Under the pieces are notes generated by a model that was given only the letters and a program-made list of their open reading frames with translations, made no database searches and had not been told where the DNA came from. A stretch of 64,000 nt of DNA, from IMG/VR virus record IMGVR_UViG_3300034096_000868, positions 128 to 64,127 of that record, one strand, 5' to 3'. Origin of the DNA: a virus (Duplodnaviria > Caudoviricetes). Both the position numbers and the translations under genes were made by a program. Positions 1 to 10,349 of the stretch are shown piece after piece. Each line of letters opens with the position of its first letter. Positions within the stretch are counted from its first letter, which is position 1.

Positions 1-131
1 CTATTTTTATAATGTTTATCTTGTTTTTCAATTTATTGATAGCATCATTTTTGCTTTCAGCTTCTACTTCGTACTTCATCTTTTTGCCAAATATTTCAAA
101 GTAAATTTTATATATTTTCATTTTATATAAT

Positions 132-401
132 TTAAGCGTAAATACTACCGATTACTTCTATTTTACTCATTACTTTGCTATCTTCTACTATTATTTTATT
201 CATAACCTCATCTATCCCATATTCGCTCCATAAGTAGTGATACAAGTACTTTATAAATTCAATACTGCATTGACTATTATTCAATTTTAAATAAATTCTA
301 TCGTATGAGTTATAAATAGTACTTATCCCATTAAATAATTCAACTGAATCTACTTTGTTAAGAATCCCAGTTTTGAAGTATTTTATTTTTATAATTTTCA
401 C
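132..401 (-). CDS. hypothetical protein
   Basis: 89-aa ORF from the track; no recognisable motif. Confidence 0.4.
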   Translation of the reverse strand: MKIIKIKYFKTGILNKVDSVELFNGISTIYNSYDRIYLKLNNSQCSIEFIKYLYHYLWSEYGIDEVMNKIIVEDSKVMSKIEVIGSIYA

Positions 402-460
402 AAAGCAAATATAAATATTAATTATTATATTTACACGTTCATTTTTATTGTTTTGGTTTG

Positions 461-478
461 GGGAGTATTTATACTCCC
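461..478. terminator. hairpin, possible intrinsic terminator
   Basis: GGGAGTAT-TT-ATACTCCC perfect stem followed by a T-rich tract. Confidence 0.5.
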
Positions 479-481
479 TAT

Positions 482-511
482 TTTGTTTTTAATAAATAAT
501 GTTTATATTTG
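482..511 (+). promoter_or_regulatory. Bacteroidota sigma-A-type promoter
   Basis: TTTG (482-485) and TATATTTG (504-511) match the -33 TTTG / -7 TAnnTTTG consensus; implies the downstream gene starts at ATG 532. Confidence 0.65.
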
Positions 512-531
512 CGAAACCAATAGTCAAAAAA

Positions 532-1506
532 ATGACAAAAACAGATATATGTAGAAGTTATTTAAAGAAGTTCCCAAATTTCCCAAACGCTAAATTAGCA
601 AGGATTATAGTCAAAGATAATCCGTTAATGTTTGATAGCATAGAAGCTACTAGAAGCATAATTAGAGGAATAACAGGTAATATGGGTAAGCGAGTTGTAA
701 AAAAGGATGCTGAAAATAAAACTCCACCAAAACCAATGAATCCATACAATCTTCCTGCATCCGATGAAACAAGTTTTACTCCATTTGTTATCAAAGCTAG
801 TAAAGTATTAGTACTTTCAGATATTCACATACCATATCACTCTATTAGTGCATTAACTGCCGTATTTGACTACACAAAGAAAATGAAAATAGATGCTATT
901 TTACTTAATGGTGATGTACTAGATTTCTTTGGGTTAAGTAGGTATTGCAAAGACCCTAAGAAAAGAAATTTTGCAGAGGAATTAAAAGCATTTGAAGAAT
1001 TTATGGATATACTTAACAATATCTATAAATGCAAAATTTACTTAAAAATTGGGAACCATGAAGAAAGATATAATCATTTCCTTTGGCAAAAAGCAGGAGA
1101 AATAGCTGATGTGGAGGAGTTTCAACTTGAAGAAATAATTAAAAAAAGAGCCAAAAATGTTACAATAATTGGTGAAAAAAGAATTATAAAATTAGGACAT
1201 TTGAACGTATTGCATGGACATGAATTTGCAGGAGGTGTATTTAGTCCAGTAAACATTGCAAGGGGTTTGTTTTTAAAGGCTAAGGTTTCAGCTATGCAAG
1301 GACATAACCACCAAACAAGTGAACATTCGGAAAGTAATTTAGAAGGCAAATTGACAACAACATTTAGTTTAGGTTGTCTATGTGAATTGAATCCTGAATA
1401 TATGCCTATAAACAAATGGAATCATGGTTTTGCAATAGTAGATATAGATGCTAAAGGCAATTTTGAAGTTCAAAACAAAAGAATATTAAAAGGTAAAGTA
1501 CTATAA
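532..1506 (+). CDS. calcineurin-like metallophosphoesterase
   Basis: motifs SDIH, NGDVLD, GNHE, HGHE, GHNH; start moved to the in-frame ATG 532 because the promoter overlaps 499-511. Confidence 0.85.
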   Translation: MTKTDICRSYLKKFPNFPNAKLARIIVKDNPLMFDSIEATRSIIRGITGNMGKRVVKKDAENKTPPKPMNPYNLPASDETSFTPFVIKASKVLVLSDIHIPYHSISALTAVFDYTKKMKIDAILLNGDVLDFFGLSRYCKDPKKRNFAEELKAFEEFMDILNNIYKCKIYLKIGNHEERYNHFLWQKAGEIADVEEFQLEEIIKKRAKNVTIIGEKRIIKLGHLNVLHGHEFAGGVFSPVNIARGLFLKAKVSAMQGHNHQTSEHSESNLEGKLTTTFSLGCLCELNPEYMPINKWNHGFAIVDIDAKGNFEVQNKRILKGKVL

Positions 1507-1838
1507 TGATACTATCATTAATAATATTATCTATTTGGGTTTTAGGGCTAACTTACTTTATATTTACTAAAAAATATCAAGATGACGAGGTTATTGACGA
1601 AGAGTTGGAAGAAGATATAGATTTTGAATTTGAAGCTCCTACTCGAGCTGAAAATATGCAAGTAATATCACTTGCACATGAATTATTTGAGCAAAGCGAC
1701 CCCATGATTAAAAGCCAACAAGCTACTAAGGAACGCACAATTAAGAAGTGTAAGAAAATTGCAAAAAGATACGTAGATGAAATTTATGATGAAACATTTT
1801 ATGTAGAAAAAACAGAAGAAAATGGAACAGAAAGCTAA
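1506..1838 (+). CDS. membrane-anchored hypothetical protein
   Basis: N-terminal hydrophobic helix then an acidic region; start overlaps the upstream stop. Confidence 0.6.
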   Translation: MILSLIILSIWVLGLTYFIFTKKYQDDEVIDEELEEDIDFEFEAPTRAENMQVISLAHELFEQSDPMIKSQQATKERTIKKCKKIAKRYVDEIYDETFYVEKTEENGTES

Positions 1839-2184
1839 AACAAAAGAAAAAGAATTAATTGCTTTTAGGAAGCATAAATTGTTCGCAGGTAGGTTAATTT
1901 CATTTTCAAAGAGTGGATATAGAAAAGCATACCCAAATAATGAAGTGATATTTAACTCATTTATTTACACTCCTAAAGGTAGAATAGTATGGTATGGTGA
2001 TATAGACTTGACTAGGAGCTGGAAGCAAGTATGGAAAGCTATGCAAGATTTAGGACTTAAAGAATTGCACATACAGTATGAAAATAGCGGATATCAAAAA
2101 GAAGCATCAATGTACATAATACGTGATAATAAATTATTTAGATACGTACGAGTAGCAAGTAATTTTACATATAGAATATTTTAA
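1822..2184 (+). CDS. hypothetical protein
   Basis: 120-aa ORF overlapping the upstream gene. Confidence 0.6.
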   Translation: MEQKAKTKEKELIAFRKHKLFAGRLISFSKSGYRKAYPNNEVIFNSFIYTPKGRIVWYGDIDLTRSWKQVWKAMQDLGLKELHIQYENSGYQKEASMYIIRDNKLFRYVRVASNFTYRIF

Positions 2185-2185
2185 T

Positions 2186-2214
2186 TTTGATTTAAGAATA
2201 TTTTTGTATATTTG
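2186..2214 (+). promoter_or_regulatory. Bacteroidota-type promoter
   Basis: TTTG (2186-2189) ... TATATTTG (2207-2214). Confidence 0.55.
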
Positions 2215-2241
2215 CAGTTCCATATATTTATATTTTAGACT

Positions 2242-2273
2242 AAAGCACTGCAATTTATTGTGGTGCTTTTTTT
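2242..2273 (+). terminator. intrinsic terminator
   Basis: AAAGCAC...GTGCTTT stem followed by a T tract. Confidence 0.55.
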
Positions 2274-2307
2274 ATTTTTTACTATATTCGCACTAAGTTA
2301 TAGTATA

Positions 2308-2751
2308 GTGGGGTCAAAAAGAAATATTTTCATTCAGCATAGCGTGAACCAGGAAACTGGCGAAGTAACAGACAAAATGTGGGTTACTAAACAAGCTATG
2401 AAGTATGCTAAGTTCATTAAGTACTATGCAGAGGGTAGTGAATATTTAGAACTTCTTACTCATGGACAATATAGAGTATTATTTGAATTAGCTCAATATA
2501 CTGAATATAATACCAATGTAATATCCATAGACAAAAATAAAAAAGACATTATAGCAGCTAAATGTAATATGAAATATATTAATCAAGTTATATCTATTTT
2601 ATCAAGATCCAACATCCTTGTAAAGCTATCATCTAACTCCTTTATGATAAATCCTAGAATATTGTTTAATGGAGAAGAAACGGAAAGGTTTAAAATTTTA
2701 CAAAATAAAGGTATTGTTTTAGGAATAAATAAATTAATTTTGCATAGTTAA
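2308..2751 (+). CDS. RepL-like / winged-helix DNA-binding protein
   Basis: VNQETGEV N-terminus and L..L....IL......FMINP...F.G C-terminal pattern typical of RepL-like proteins; GTG 2308 preferred because 2260 lies in the terminator. Confidence 0.5.
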   Translation: MGSKRNIFIQHSVNQETGEVTDKMWVTKQAMKYAKFIKYYAEGSEYLELLTHGQYRVLFELAQYTEYNTNVISIDKNKKDIIAAKCNMKYINQVISILSRSNILVKLSSNSFMINPRILFNGEETERFKILQNKGIVLGINKLILHS

Positions 2752-2962
2752 ATAAAATTAGTAGTTTTGCCAACAAACGTAAGTGATAGTGAATTAAAGA
2801 AAAAAATTATAAAGTCTTCTATAAAGGCTAAAGTCAAAAGACATTTTAATCTTTATGAATACAAATATAATTTTATCTTATCTTGCATTGAATACGTTTT
2901 GTTCTACAGATTAGAGAGAATTAGAATTAATAATATATTTAAAAACAAAAATAAGTTAAAAC

Positions 2963-3583
2963 ATGGAAGAGTTAAAAAGTACAAAAGTAAAAGCAAAAGG
3001 AAAGGTAGTGGAAATGGGAAAAAGACAAAGTGAACCAACACAGGTTGATTTAATGGTCTTACCTAGAGATTTACTAGGAAGTATTAGAGAGAACATAATA
3101 GATTTCTCAAATATGAACCGAAGTATGAAATCTAGTACTGCAAGAAAATTGCAGAAAAACATTCAAATTCTTGAATTAAATGCAAATGCATACATCAAGA
3201 AAGAAAGAGAACTAGTGGATGAATTTATCGTAGTAGAAGACGAAACGCCAGTTTGGTGGAATCAAGTTACTACTGAAAAAGTATATGAGGGCGAGGGAGA
3301 AGAAAAAAGACTTGCAGGTGGTACATTTAGAGCAAAATCTACTCCACAAGGTATGATTTTAGTAAATGCTGATAGTGAGCAATACTTTCCAAAAGAGGGC
3401 GAAGTAATGAAATACTTGCAAAAAGACATCACAAGAGAGGATGAGTATGTAGAAAAAATGAAGTCACTTCAAGGAACTCCGATTGAAATAAAAGTTATTC
3501 TTTTCACTGATGAAGAACTTAGCGACTTGAATGTGCCAACAGATTTATCATTCTTAAATATTTTTGTAGATGGAAAACAATAA
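2963..3583 (+). CDS. hypothetical protein
   Basis: 206-aa ORF with coding-like composition. Confidence 0.65.
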   Translation: MEELKSTKVKAKGKVVEMGKRQSEPTQVDLMVLPRDLLGSIRENIIDFSNMNRSMKSSTARKLQKNIQILELNANAYIKKERELVDEFIVVEDETPVWWNQVTTEKVYEGEGEEKRLAGGTFRAKSTPQGMILVNADSEQYFPKEGEVMKYLQKDITREDEYVEKMKSLQGTPIEIKVILFTDEELSDLNVPTDLSFLNIFVDGKQ

Positions 3584-3821
3584 CGAATTTATAGAACTAA
3601 AGACTTTCCATAGGGATGCCAACAACATCTCTAAAGAAAAGCTATCAAATATTCCACTAGACCACGTTAGAGGTGGAACGTATCGTACCTATGAAGATTC
3701 AGGAAAGCAAGTAGAAAATAAGACTATGATAATATTTGGTACTCACAAATATTATATAGCTATGAGTATAAGTGATTTAAAAACTCACCTAAGCAATAAA
3801 CTAGGGTTTAAATTTCATTAA
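3570..3821 (+). CDS. hypothetical protein
   Basis: 83-aa ORF overlapping the upstream gene. Confidence 0.55.
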   Translation: MENNNEFIELKTFHRDANNISKEKLSNIPLDHVRGGTYRTYEDSGKQVENKTMIIFGTHKYYIAMSISDLKTHLSNKLGFKFH

Positions 3822-3975
3822 AATGCCAACATACGAACATCCAAAAAAAAATCACAAAGCACCCGTTGTTAAACTAAAAGACACTGGTAGTTCTTTAATG
3901 CCTAAAAAAGCAAAGATAAACTGCGCTTGTAGTGGCACAAAAGATGCTAGAGTTAATAGACCCGGTAGATAAACT

Positions 3976-4497
3976 ATGGTAATATTTGCTAAATTCAACA
4001 AAAGTAAGAAAAAATGGGAGGTAGATGAAGATACCTGCAATTACTATGTTGAATTTAGGAATATACTAGAAAAACATGGAGCAAATGCTATTGCATTTAT
4101 AATTCTATATGCAGACCCTACAAGTCCATTTGCTTATGAGGAATCTGAATCTGTGCGTAGGGATGAAGTTTACGCATCAGTATTTGGAAAGGAAAAATTT
4201 GATGTAGAAGTCCTTAAAAATGCAATAAAAAAGTATCAACAGATTTGCGATACACAAGAAAATAAACTCCGAAAATCATACCTTAAAGGCGGTAAATTGC
4301 TAAGTAGTTATATAGATGGAGAAGCGGTTGTAAGTAGTGACAATCTAAAGGATATTATTACAATAATGAAAGAACTACCGACCGTTATCACAACTGTTGG
4401 TGAAATAAATAAAAGTGCCGATACGTCTGCTAAAGATGTTGTTGGGAAAGTCAAGTCGAATCGTAGCCTCTCATTCATAGAGGAGAAAAATAGATAA
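3976..4497 (+). CDS. putative terminase small subunit
   Basis: directly upstream of the large terminase; helical, with a FIILYADPTSPF motif; called mainly on position. Confidence 0.5.
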   Translation: MVIFAKFNKSKKKWEVDEDTCNYYVEFRNILEKHGANAIAFIILYADPTSPFAYEESESVRRDEVYASVFGKEKFDVEVLKNAIKKYQQICDTQENKLRKSYLKGGKLLSSYIDGEAVVSSDNLKDIITIMKELPTVITTVGEINKSADTSAKDVVGKVKSNRSLSFIEEKNR

Positions 4498-4503
4498 AAA
4501 GTT

Positions 4504-6330
4504 TTGAGTGTAAATTACACCGACTTTTCGCCCGTTATAAAATATGGAATCCCTGATTATAAAAGGGATAGTCCACAATGGTTCTCATGGCTCGAAGAAC
4601 AATTACATTACATTCTTAACGGATATACGCATGGTGGCACTACTATCACTGGTAGGCTATATTTCAAACTAAATTTTTTCAAGATACTTCACTTAGAAGA
4701 TGGAGATAGTCGTGAAAAAATGATTAGTCCTTACTATGTAGATGCTCAAAAAGACTTATATGATTTACTTGATTACTGCTATGAAAATGAAAGAGATTTG
4801 ATAGTTGGTAAAGGTAGAGATAAAGGATTTAGTTACGATTTAGCAAATATTTCACTATACGAAACTCATTTTTTCAAGGATAATCATATCATAATGCTAT
4901 TTCCTAGTGGAACTTCTCCTGCAAAGCAACAATTCAAGAATAAGTACAAATTAGGTTGGCAACATTTACTAGATGATTTTAAGGTAGACCCTGGTCTTTC
5001 AAATAATGCTGATTTATTAAAATATGGTTGGGTTGAAACTGATGAAGAAACGGGTAGAAAAACAGAACGTGGCAATTTATCTTCACTCACTATGCTTGAA
5101 GTAGTAAATGCCGATGTAGGTAAATCTGGACGTTTTAAGGTTATGGGATTAGAGGAGTTTGGGGAGATTAAAGACCCATTAAAACTTATTCAAACATCAA
5201 GAGCGAATTTACAAAAAGGTGCTAAAAAGTTTGGTACTATCATAGCTGGAGGTACGTCAAATGCATTCAATCATGGATATAAAGATTTTAGAACTTTGTG
5301 GTTTAATCACAATGATTATGGATTTGAAAAACTATTTATCCCTGCAAATAAAGCTTTATGGGGATTTGTTAAAGAAAATGGAGATAGCGATATGGAGGGT
5401 GCTGAAAAGTGGGTACTTGATAGAAGAAAAGGACTAAAAGACGATATTCTCACCATTGAGATGCAAAATTACCCTTTAACTGAAAAGGAAATGTTTGTAT
5501 CAATCAATCAAAGTCCATTTAATACAAACTACATATCATCGCAAATAGCCGATATTATGACTAACAAGGCTATTGAAAGTCAAATTAAAACGGGAAATTT
5601 ATATAAAGATAACAAGGATGGTAGTATAAAATTTGCAGAGTGCCTAGATGGTAGATGGAAAATTTACTTGCATCCAAAGAAAGGACTTATTAATAAAGAT
5701 GTGGGTGCGGTAGATCCATACAATAAAGGCGATGGAGGACAATTTGCTACATCAAAAGGTGCAATAGTAATTTATAGACCATTTAATGGATTGAGCGAAA
5801 TCGGGAATTTGCCGATTTGCATTTATCATAATAGGCCCAAAACTAAGGATATGTTTTTTGAGGATTGCTTACTTACTGCAATGTACTATGATTGCCAATT
5901 ATTATTTGAACATCAATTTGACGATTGGGCTGATTATTTTATCAAACGTAATGCACAGAAGTATTTAAAAAATAGACCAAACTTAGTAGATAATATTTAT
6001 AGCAAAAATAACAATCAAAAATATGGAGTACCAGCAACGCATCAATCTAAAGGAACTGCAGTTGAGGTGGCTATTAGGGATTTCGATGCAAACTGGGAAA
6101 ATCATGTTTTTATTGAATTGTTAGATGAATTAAGTAACTTTGGAACGGAAAATGTGGATTTAGCTATGGCATATATTTGGGCTGTATTACACGCAGAGGA
6201 CAATATAAAAATGCTTCCAGAGTTTATGCCAAAGAAAAAAGCAAAGCCGTTTATTCCATATACAATACATAGTGGGAATAAGATGATAGTAATAAGTACA
6301 GTCGAGCAACAGAAAATGATGACACGATAA
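4504..6330 (+). CDS. terL: terminase large subunit (crAss-like type)
   Basis: Walker A-like GKGRDKGFSY, Walker B GLEEFGE, GGT coupling motif, nuclease-domain AVDPY and DLAMA; upstream of the portal. Confidence 0.85.
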   Translation: MSVNYTDFSPVIKYGIPDYKRDSPQWFSWLEEQLHYILNGYTHGGTTITGRLYFKLNFFKILHLEDGDSREKMISPYYVDAQKDLYDLLDYCYENERDLIVGKGRDKGFSYDLANISLYETHFFKDNHIIMLFPSGTSPAKQQFKNKYKLGWQHLLDDFKVDPGLSNNADLLKYGWVETDEETGRKTERGNLSSLTMLEVVNADVGKSGRFKVMGLEEFGEIKDPLKLIQTSRANLQKGAKKFGTIIAGGTSNAFNHGYKDFRTLWFNHNDYGFEKLFIPANKALWGFVKENGDSDMEGAEKWVLDRRKGLKDDILTIEMQNYPLTEKEMFVSINQSPFNTNYISSQIADIMTNKAIESQIKTGNLYKDNKDGSIKFAECLDGRWKIYLHPKKGLINKDVGAVDPYNKGDGGQFATSKGAIVIYRPFNGLSEIGNLPICIYHNRPKTKDMFFEDCLLTAMYYDCQLLFEHQFDDWADYFIKRNAQKYLKNRPNLVDNIYSKNNNQKYGVPATHQSKGTAVEVAIRDFDANWENHVFIELLDELSNFGTENVDLAMAYIWAVLHAEDNIKMLPEFMPKKKAKPFIPYTIHSGNKMIVISTVEQQKMMTR

Positions 6331-6331
6331 T

Positions 6332-8545
6332 ATGAGAAATTTTAGTAACGTAGTTCCTGCGAAAAAGGACGAACAATTACAATGGGCAAAACAAGCCATT
6401 GATGCAATAATTCTTAGTGGACAAAACTGCTATAATGAGCGAGATTTAGAAAATATCAATTACGCAAAAGGTACAGTGCCTGAAAGCGACTTTGATTATG
6501 TTACTAAATTGTACGTAAATCCTAATACTCCAGATAGAGTTTTACCAGGAAGAATCCGACAAGTAAACACTATTGCTCATTTATTGAATAAGGCTATTGG
6601 GAAATATACTAGTGAAGAACTAGACTATGTTGTTTCGGTTATCAATAAAGAGGGATATGAAGAAAAGATTGAAGAAGTTTCGAAGATTGGAGCAGAAAAA
6701 CTTGCAAGATTTGTAAGACAACAAAGTGGTATTAATGAAATTTTAGGCGCGCCTATTGACGTGCTAGATGTAATTCAGCCAGAGGATATTGAGAAAATAA
6801 AAGGTGTGGATTATTCTAAATACCAAACGGAAGCTGAAATAAATTTATCTAAAGCATTACGTTGGATATTGACTGATACCATGAAAGGTATGCAGTATAA
6901 ACTTACTAATCAATTACTTTGGAACTACTTTGTTACAGGAAAAATGGCAGTAGATATTTATAAGGGATTGGAAGACCCCGAACTAGATGTAATTCCTACT
7001 CAAAATTTAATTTATGATTTAGATAGCACAAGTCCATTTATCCATAAAGGTAGATATGCAGGATATTACTATTCAGCTACTCCACAAGAAATTATTGATA
7101 AGTGTCCAAATTTAAGCCAAGAAGATGTAGATTATCTTAATGGACTAATGGAGAACTTTGGTAATGTAGGAGCATCTGCAATGGCTAAAACGTGGAAAGA
7201 TGGATGTGATTGGTTTATTGAGCAAGATACTTTATACATTGATTGTTACAAGATTTATTTCAAAGCAATCAAATGGGTAAAATGCAAAATAACTCCTAAT
7301 AAATTAGACGAGGATAATCCTCACGTACATTTCGTTGGAGATGATGACAAGCTAAGCGCTAACGATAAGTATGAGCAAAGATGCACTAATACGGTTTGGG
7401 AGTGTACTAGAATTGCAAGTAAAATATACTACCAATGTAGAGAAATGCCTAATCAAATTGTTTCAGAAGATACTCCAAGTGAAAGAGAGTTGCCAATAAA
7501 AGGGATTATAGATGGGCTTCATCCTTGCCTTGTAGATTTATTGAAACCTTTGGAATCAATGAAGATGAATGCTTTCTTCTCTATTGATAGGCTAGTAGGT
7601 CAAGCAAAAGGTAAAATATTAATTATTGATGAAGCTACAGAGGATAACCCTTTGGATAATCACTACAATATGATGGCTTATGGAGTATACCGAGTAAATT
7701 CAGCAAAAGAGGGCGATATGCAACTTAATGGAGGGCAAATAATCCAGCCAAAAGAAATCGATATGGGATTAAGTCAGGCAGTGTCTGACTTAATGAGATT
7801 TATCCAATTCCTAGATACAAGTATGTTATTGGTAACGGGGTTAAATGAGGGATATATGGGTATTGTAAATTCAAACACTGGATTAGGCACACAACAAAAT
7901 GCCATTCAACAAGCACAAATGAGTTTATATCCATACATTTCTACATGGTATAGTGTAATTCAATCATCACTGCAAGAAGTATGTAATTTATTTCCTATTT
8001 GTTGGAAAGATTCAGATAAGGTAAAATACTACATTGGTGAGCGTGGACAAAACTTTTTCAACCTTTCAAAAGACACAAATTGGTATTTGAATAGATATGG
8101 ATTAGTAGTTCAAAATAAGCTAAAACAACAACAACAAAAGAATGTTGCGGTTCAAACTGCTCAAATGTTATTGCCAACTGTGAATGATCCAAACTTTGCA
8201 TTAGCGTTAATGAAGATGGTAAATAGCCAAAGTGCTGCGGAAGCGGAGGAAATTTTAGAGAAAGGAGTTGTGGCTATAAATAAATTGAAAGCTGAAAGTG
8301 AGAAAAACGCTATGGAGCAATCACGTATGCAACAACAAGCAAATGCTGAAAGACTGCAGATTGAATCTGAACTTGAACTCAAACGTATTAATATTCCATT
8401 AGAGGTTGAGAAATTAAAAGGAGAAAATGCTATGGCATTACAAGAGCAAAAATTACGTCATTCAGAGGATGCTCAAGATGTGAGATATAAGCAAAATATC
8501 AAGGAAAAGATTGTAGAAAAAGAATTAAATAATTCAAATATCTAA
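6332..8545 (+). CDS. portal protein
   Basis: 737 aa immediately after terL, with a C-terminal coiled-coil Q/E-rich region; size and layout as in crAss-like portals. Confidence 0.75.
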   Translation: MRNFSNVVPAKKDEQLQWAKQAIDAIILSGQNCYNERDLENINYAKGTVPESDFDYVTKLYVNPNTPDRVLPGRIRQVNTIAHLLNKAIGKYTSEELDYVVSVINKEGYEEKIEEVSKIGAEKLARFVRQQSGINEILGAPIDVLDVIQPEDIEKIKGVDYSKYQTEAEINLSKALRWILTDTMKGMQYKLTNQLLWNYFVTGKMAVDIYKGLEDPELDVIPTQNLIYDLDSTSPFIHKGRYAGYYYSATPQEIIDKCPNLSQEDVDYLNGLMENFGNVGASAMAKTWKDGCDWFIEQDTLYIDCYKIYFKAIKWVKCKITPNKLDEDNPHVHFVGDDDKLSANDKYEQRCTNTVWECTRIASKIYYQCREMPNQIVSEDTPSERELPIKGIIDGLHPCLVDLLKPLESMKMNAFFSIDRLVGQAKGKILIIDEATEDNPLDNHYNMMAYGVYRVNSAKEGDMQLNGGQIIQPKEIDMGLSQAVSDLMRFIQFLDTSMLLVTGLNEGYMGIVNSNTGLGTQQNAIQQAQMSLYPYISTWYSVIQSSLQEVCNLFPICWKDSDKVKYYIGERGQNFFNLSKDTNWYLNRYGLVVQNKLKQQQQKNVAVQTAQMLLPTVNDPNFALALMKMVNSQSAAEAEEILEKGVVAINKLKAESEKNAMEQSRMQQQANAERLQIESELELKRINIPLEVEKLKGENAMALQEQKLRHSEDAQDVRYKQNIKEKIVEKELNNSNI

Positions 8546-8572
8546 GTATTAAAATAGGTGTGTTTAGTAATT

Positions 8573-8596
8573 GGGAGCTATTAGCTCCCTTTTTTT
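8573..8596 (+). terminator. intrinsic terminator between convergent operons
   Basis: GGGAGCTA-T-TAGCTCCC followed by T7. Confidence 0.8.
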
Positions 8597-8641
8597 AGAC
8601 TGCTCAATACAGAATAATTTAGCAGATGAAATACTTAGCTA

Positions 8642-9538
8642 TTAAACTGAATAATATTGAATAACTGCTCTAGCTGACCTATAACCTGCTGAACCTCTAT
8701 AAATCTTAATTTCATAACCAGTACCTCCACTATTTATTTTTAATTCTGATATACCACCATTCACACTAGGCGACATTCCATCACCTACTACTGCTGTTGC
8801 TAATGTACCACTTCCGTTATATAAAGCAGACCCATTTGCAGTTGAACCAGAAGGTATCTCTGGAACAGGACAATCTGGTGGCAATCCACAAGTAACTGAT
8901 GTTACAGATACTCCTGCATTTGCATAAATTAATGTAAGTCTTAAAGTAACTAATTTACCTACTTGCGACCATCTATAAGAATGATTAGTTGCACCAGATG
9001 GAGCTGTTGTTGCAGTCCATGTTATTGAACCACTATATACTTGTTCTGCAATATCTTTAAATGTATTATCTGTAGCGTTTGCAGTTGTATTTGTATTATT
9101 AGCTCTAAATGAGTAAGCAGATAATGATGTGCTTTGATATATCGTATCAAAATAAGTCTTTAGAAAAGCCTTAATATTTGCCCATGTAGATTTTAATAAA
9201 CTACTTCCATCTATAATAGGTACTAATTGAGTATCTGATAATGTTGCAGTTCCACTATCATTTACTTGTTCAGCAATACTTTTTAGATTATTTTGCGCAG
9301 CTATTTGAGCTTCACGAATAAATAATTGCAAGTCCTCAAACGTAGCAAACGCACCACTATTTATTTTTGATAAGTTAGCTACTGCTAGTTTTAAAGTCTT
9401 ATTACAATCCGTAATAAGAAAAATGTCTTTAGTGTATTCTACCCTAATACTTAGTAAGTAGAAATCATTAAAAACATTATTCGTATTATCAGTAACGTTT
9501 AAAAACCCATTACCAGCAGTTATAGTATAATCTATCAT
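8642..9538 (-). CDS. tail fibre / receptor-binding protein
   Basis: TWANIKAFLKTYFDTIY fibre-neck motif and a beta-rich, G/S/T-rich C-terminal domain (YRWSQVGKLVTLRL). Confidence 0.6.
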   Translation of the reverse strand: MIDYTITAGNGFLNVTDNTNNVFNDFYLLSIRVEYTKDIFLITDCNKTLKLAVANLSKINSGAFATFEDLQLFIREAQIAAQNNLKSIAEQVNDSGTATLSDTQLVPIIDGSSLLKSTWANIKAFLKTYFDTIYQSTSLSAYSFRANNTNTTANATDNTFKDIAEQVYSGSITWTATTAPSGATNHSYRWSQVGKLVTLRLTLIYANAGVSVTSVTCGLPPDCPVPEIPSGSTANGSALYNGSGTLATAVVGDGMSPSVNGGISELKINSGGTGYEIKIYRGSAGYRSARAVIQYYSV

Positions 9539-9549
9539 TCTTTTTTAAC

Positions 9550-9726
9550 CTACTTACCAGAAACATTAAAATCTTTTGCAACTGCTCCTAATACAGCTAT
9601 AGCTACAGCTATAATTAATTGACCTATCTGCTCTTTACTTCCTGTAAATCCTTCCGAAATAAATGTTTGAGCTACTAATAAGCCTGACGCTATTGCTCCT
9701 ATTAATGTCGTTCTCCAATTTTTCAT
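9550..9726 (-). CDS. putative holin (58 aa, missing from the ORF track)
   Basis: translates to MKNWRTTLIGAIASGLLVAQTFISEGFTGSKEQIGQLIIAVAIAVLGAVAKDFNVSGK: two TM helices and the KNWxTT...AKD pattern of small phage holins. Confidence 0.65.
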   Translation of the reverse strand: MKNWRTTLIGAIASGLLVAQTFISEGFTGSKEQIGQLIIAVAIAVLGAVAKDFNVSGK

Positions 9727-10079
9727 GATAATTTTTTTTTGTTTTTATTAAATGATTTTAACCTTTTTTTATTTTCTTTTAAATTTTCAAATTCTCGATT
9801 GACAATATCTGTCAAATCCTCACCTATTGATAATTTATAATGTGCTATTATTTCATTTGGTTCATATCCATGCTTCAAATCTTTTCTAATTTCTCTAGAT
9901 AATAACTCATACTTTTTTTCTTTTTTTCTTATTGTATCATTTTCAGCTTCTTGTTCTTGTACTGGAGTGCGAATTTCTTGCTTTTTTTCTATAACTGGCA
10001 CTAATTCCTTAGTCGTGTCTGAAACGCTAGAAATTGACTTAAAAAACTGAATTATTAATTCAATAATTGATTGCCACAT
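9723..10079 (-). CDS. hypothetical protein (lysis-region)
   Basis: 118-aa ORF coupled to the holin gene. Confidence 0.55.
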   Translation of the reverse strand: MWQSIIELIIQFFKSISSVSDTTKELVPVIEKKQEIRTPVQEQEAENDTIRKKEKKYELLSREIRKDLKHGYEPNEIIAHYKLSIGEDLTDIVNREFENLKENKKRLKSFNKNKKKLS

Positions 10080-10324
10080 TTTTTTTCTTCTTTTAATTCA
10101 GGTTCTTCACTTTTATTTATGAAAAGATAGCTAAAAAAATTAATTGGATTAATGTCATCTTTTGCAATGCCAAGTTTATTATTTATTACTGCAACTTGAC
10201 TTTCTAGCTTATTTGTCTTTTCTACATATTTGTCAATTTTGAAATATGTTTGACTTGTAAAAAAGCAAACAATAGTAAACATTATTCCTGTTATTGTCTT
10301 ATAAAAAAAATCTTGGTTTTTCAT
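10055..10324 (-). CDS. membrane protein with coiled coil
   Basis: N-terminal TM segment followed by a heptad-like region. Confidence 0.55.
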   Translation of the reverse strand: MKNQDFFYKTITGIMFTIVCFFTSQTYFKIDKYVEKTNKLESQVAVINNKLGIAKDDINPINFFSYLFINKSEEPELKEEKKCGNQLLN

Positions 10325-10349
10325 ACAAAATTAAAAATATTTTATGGTT

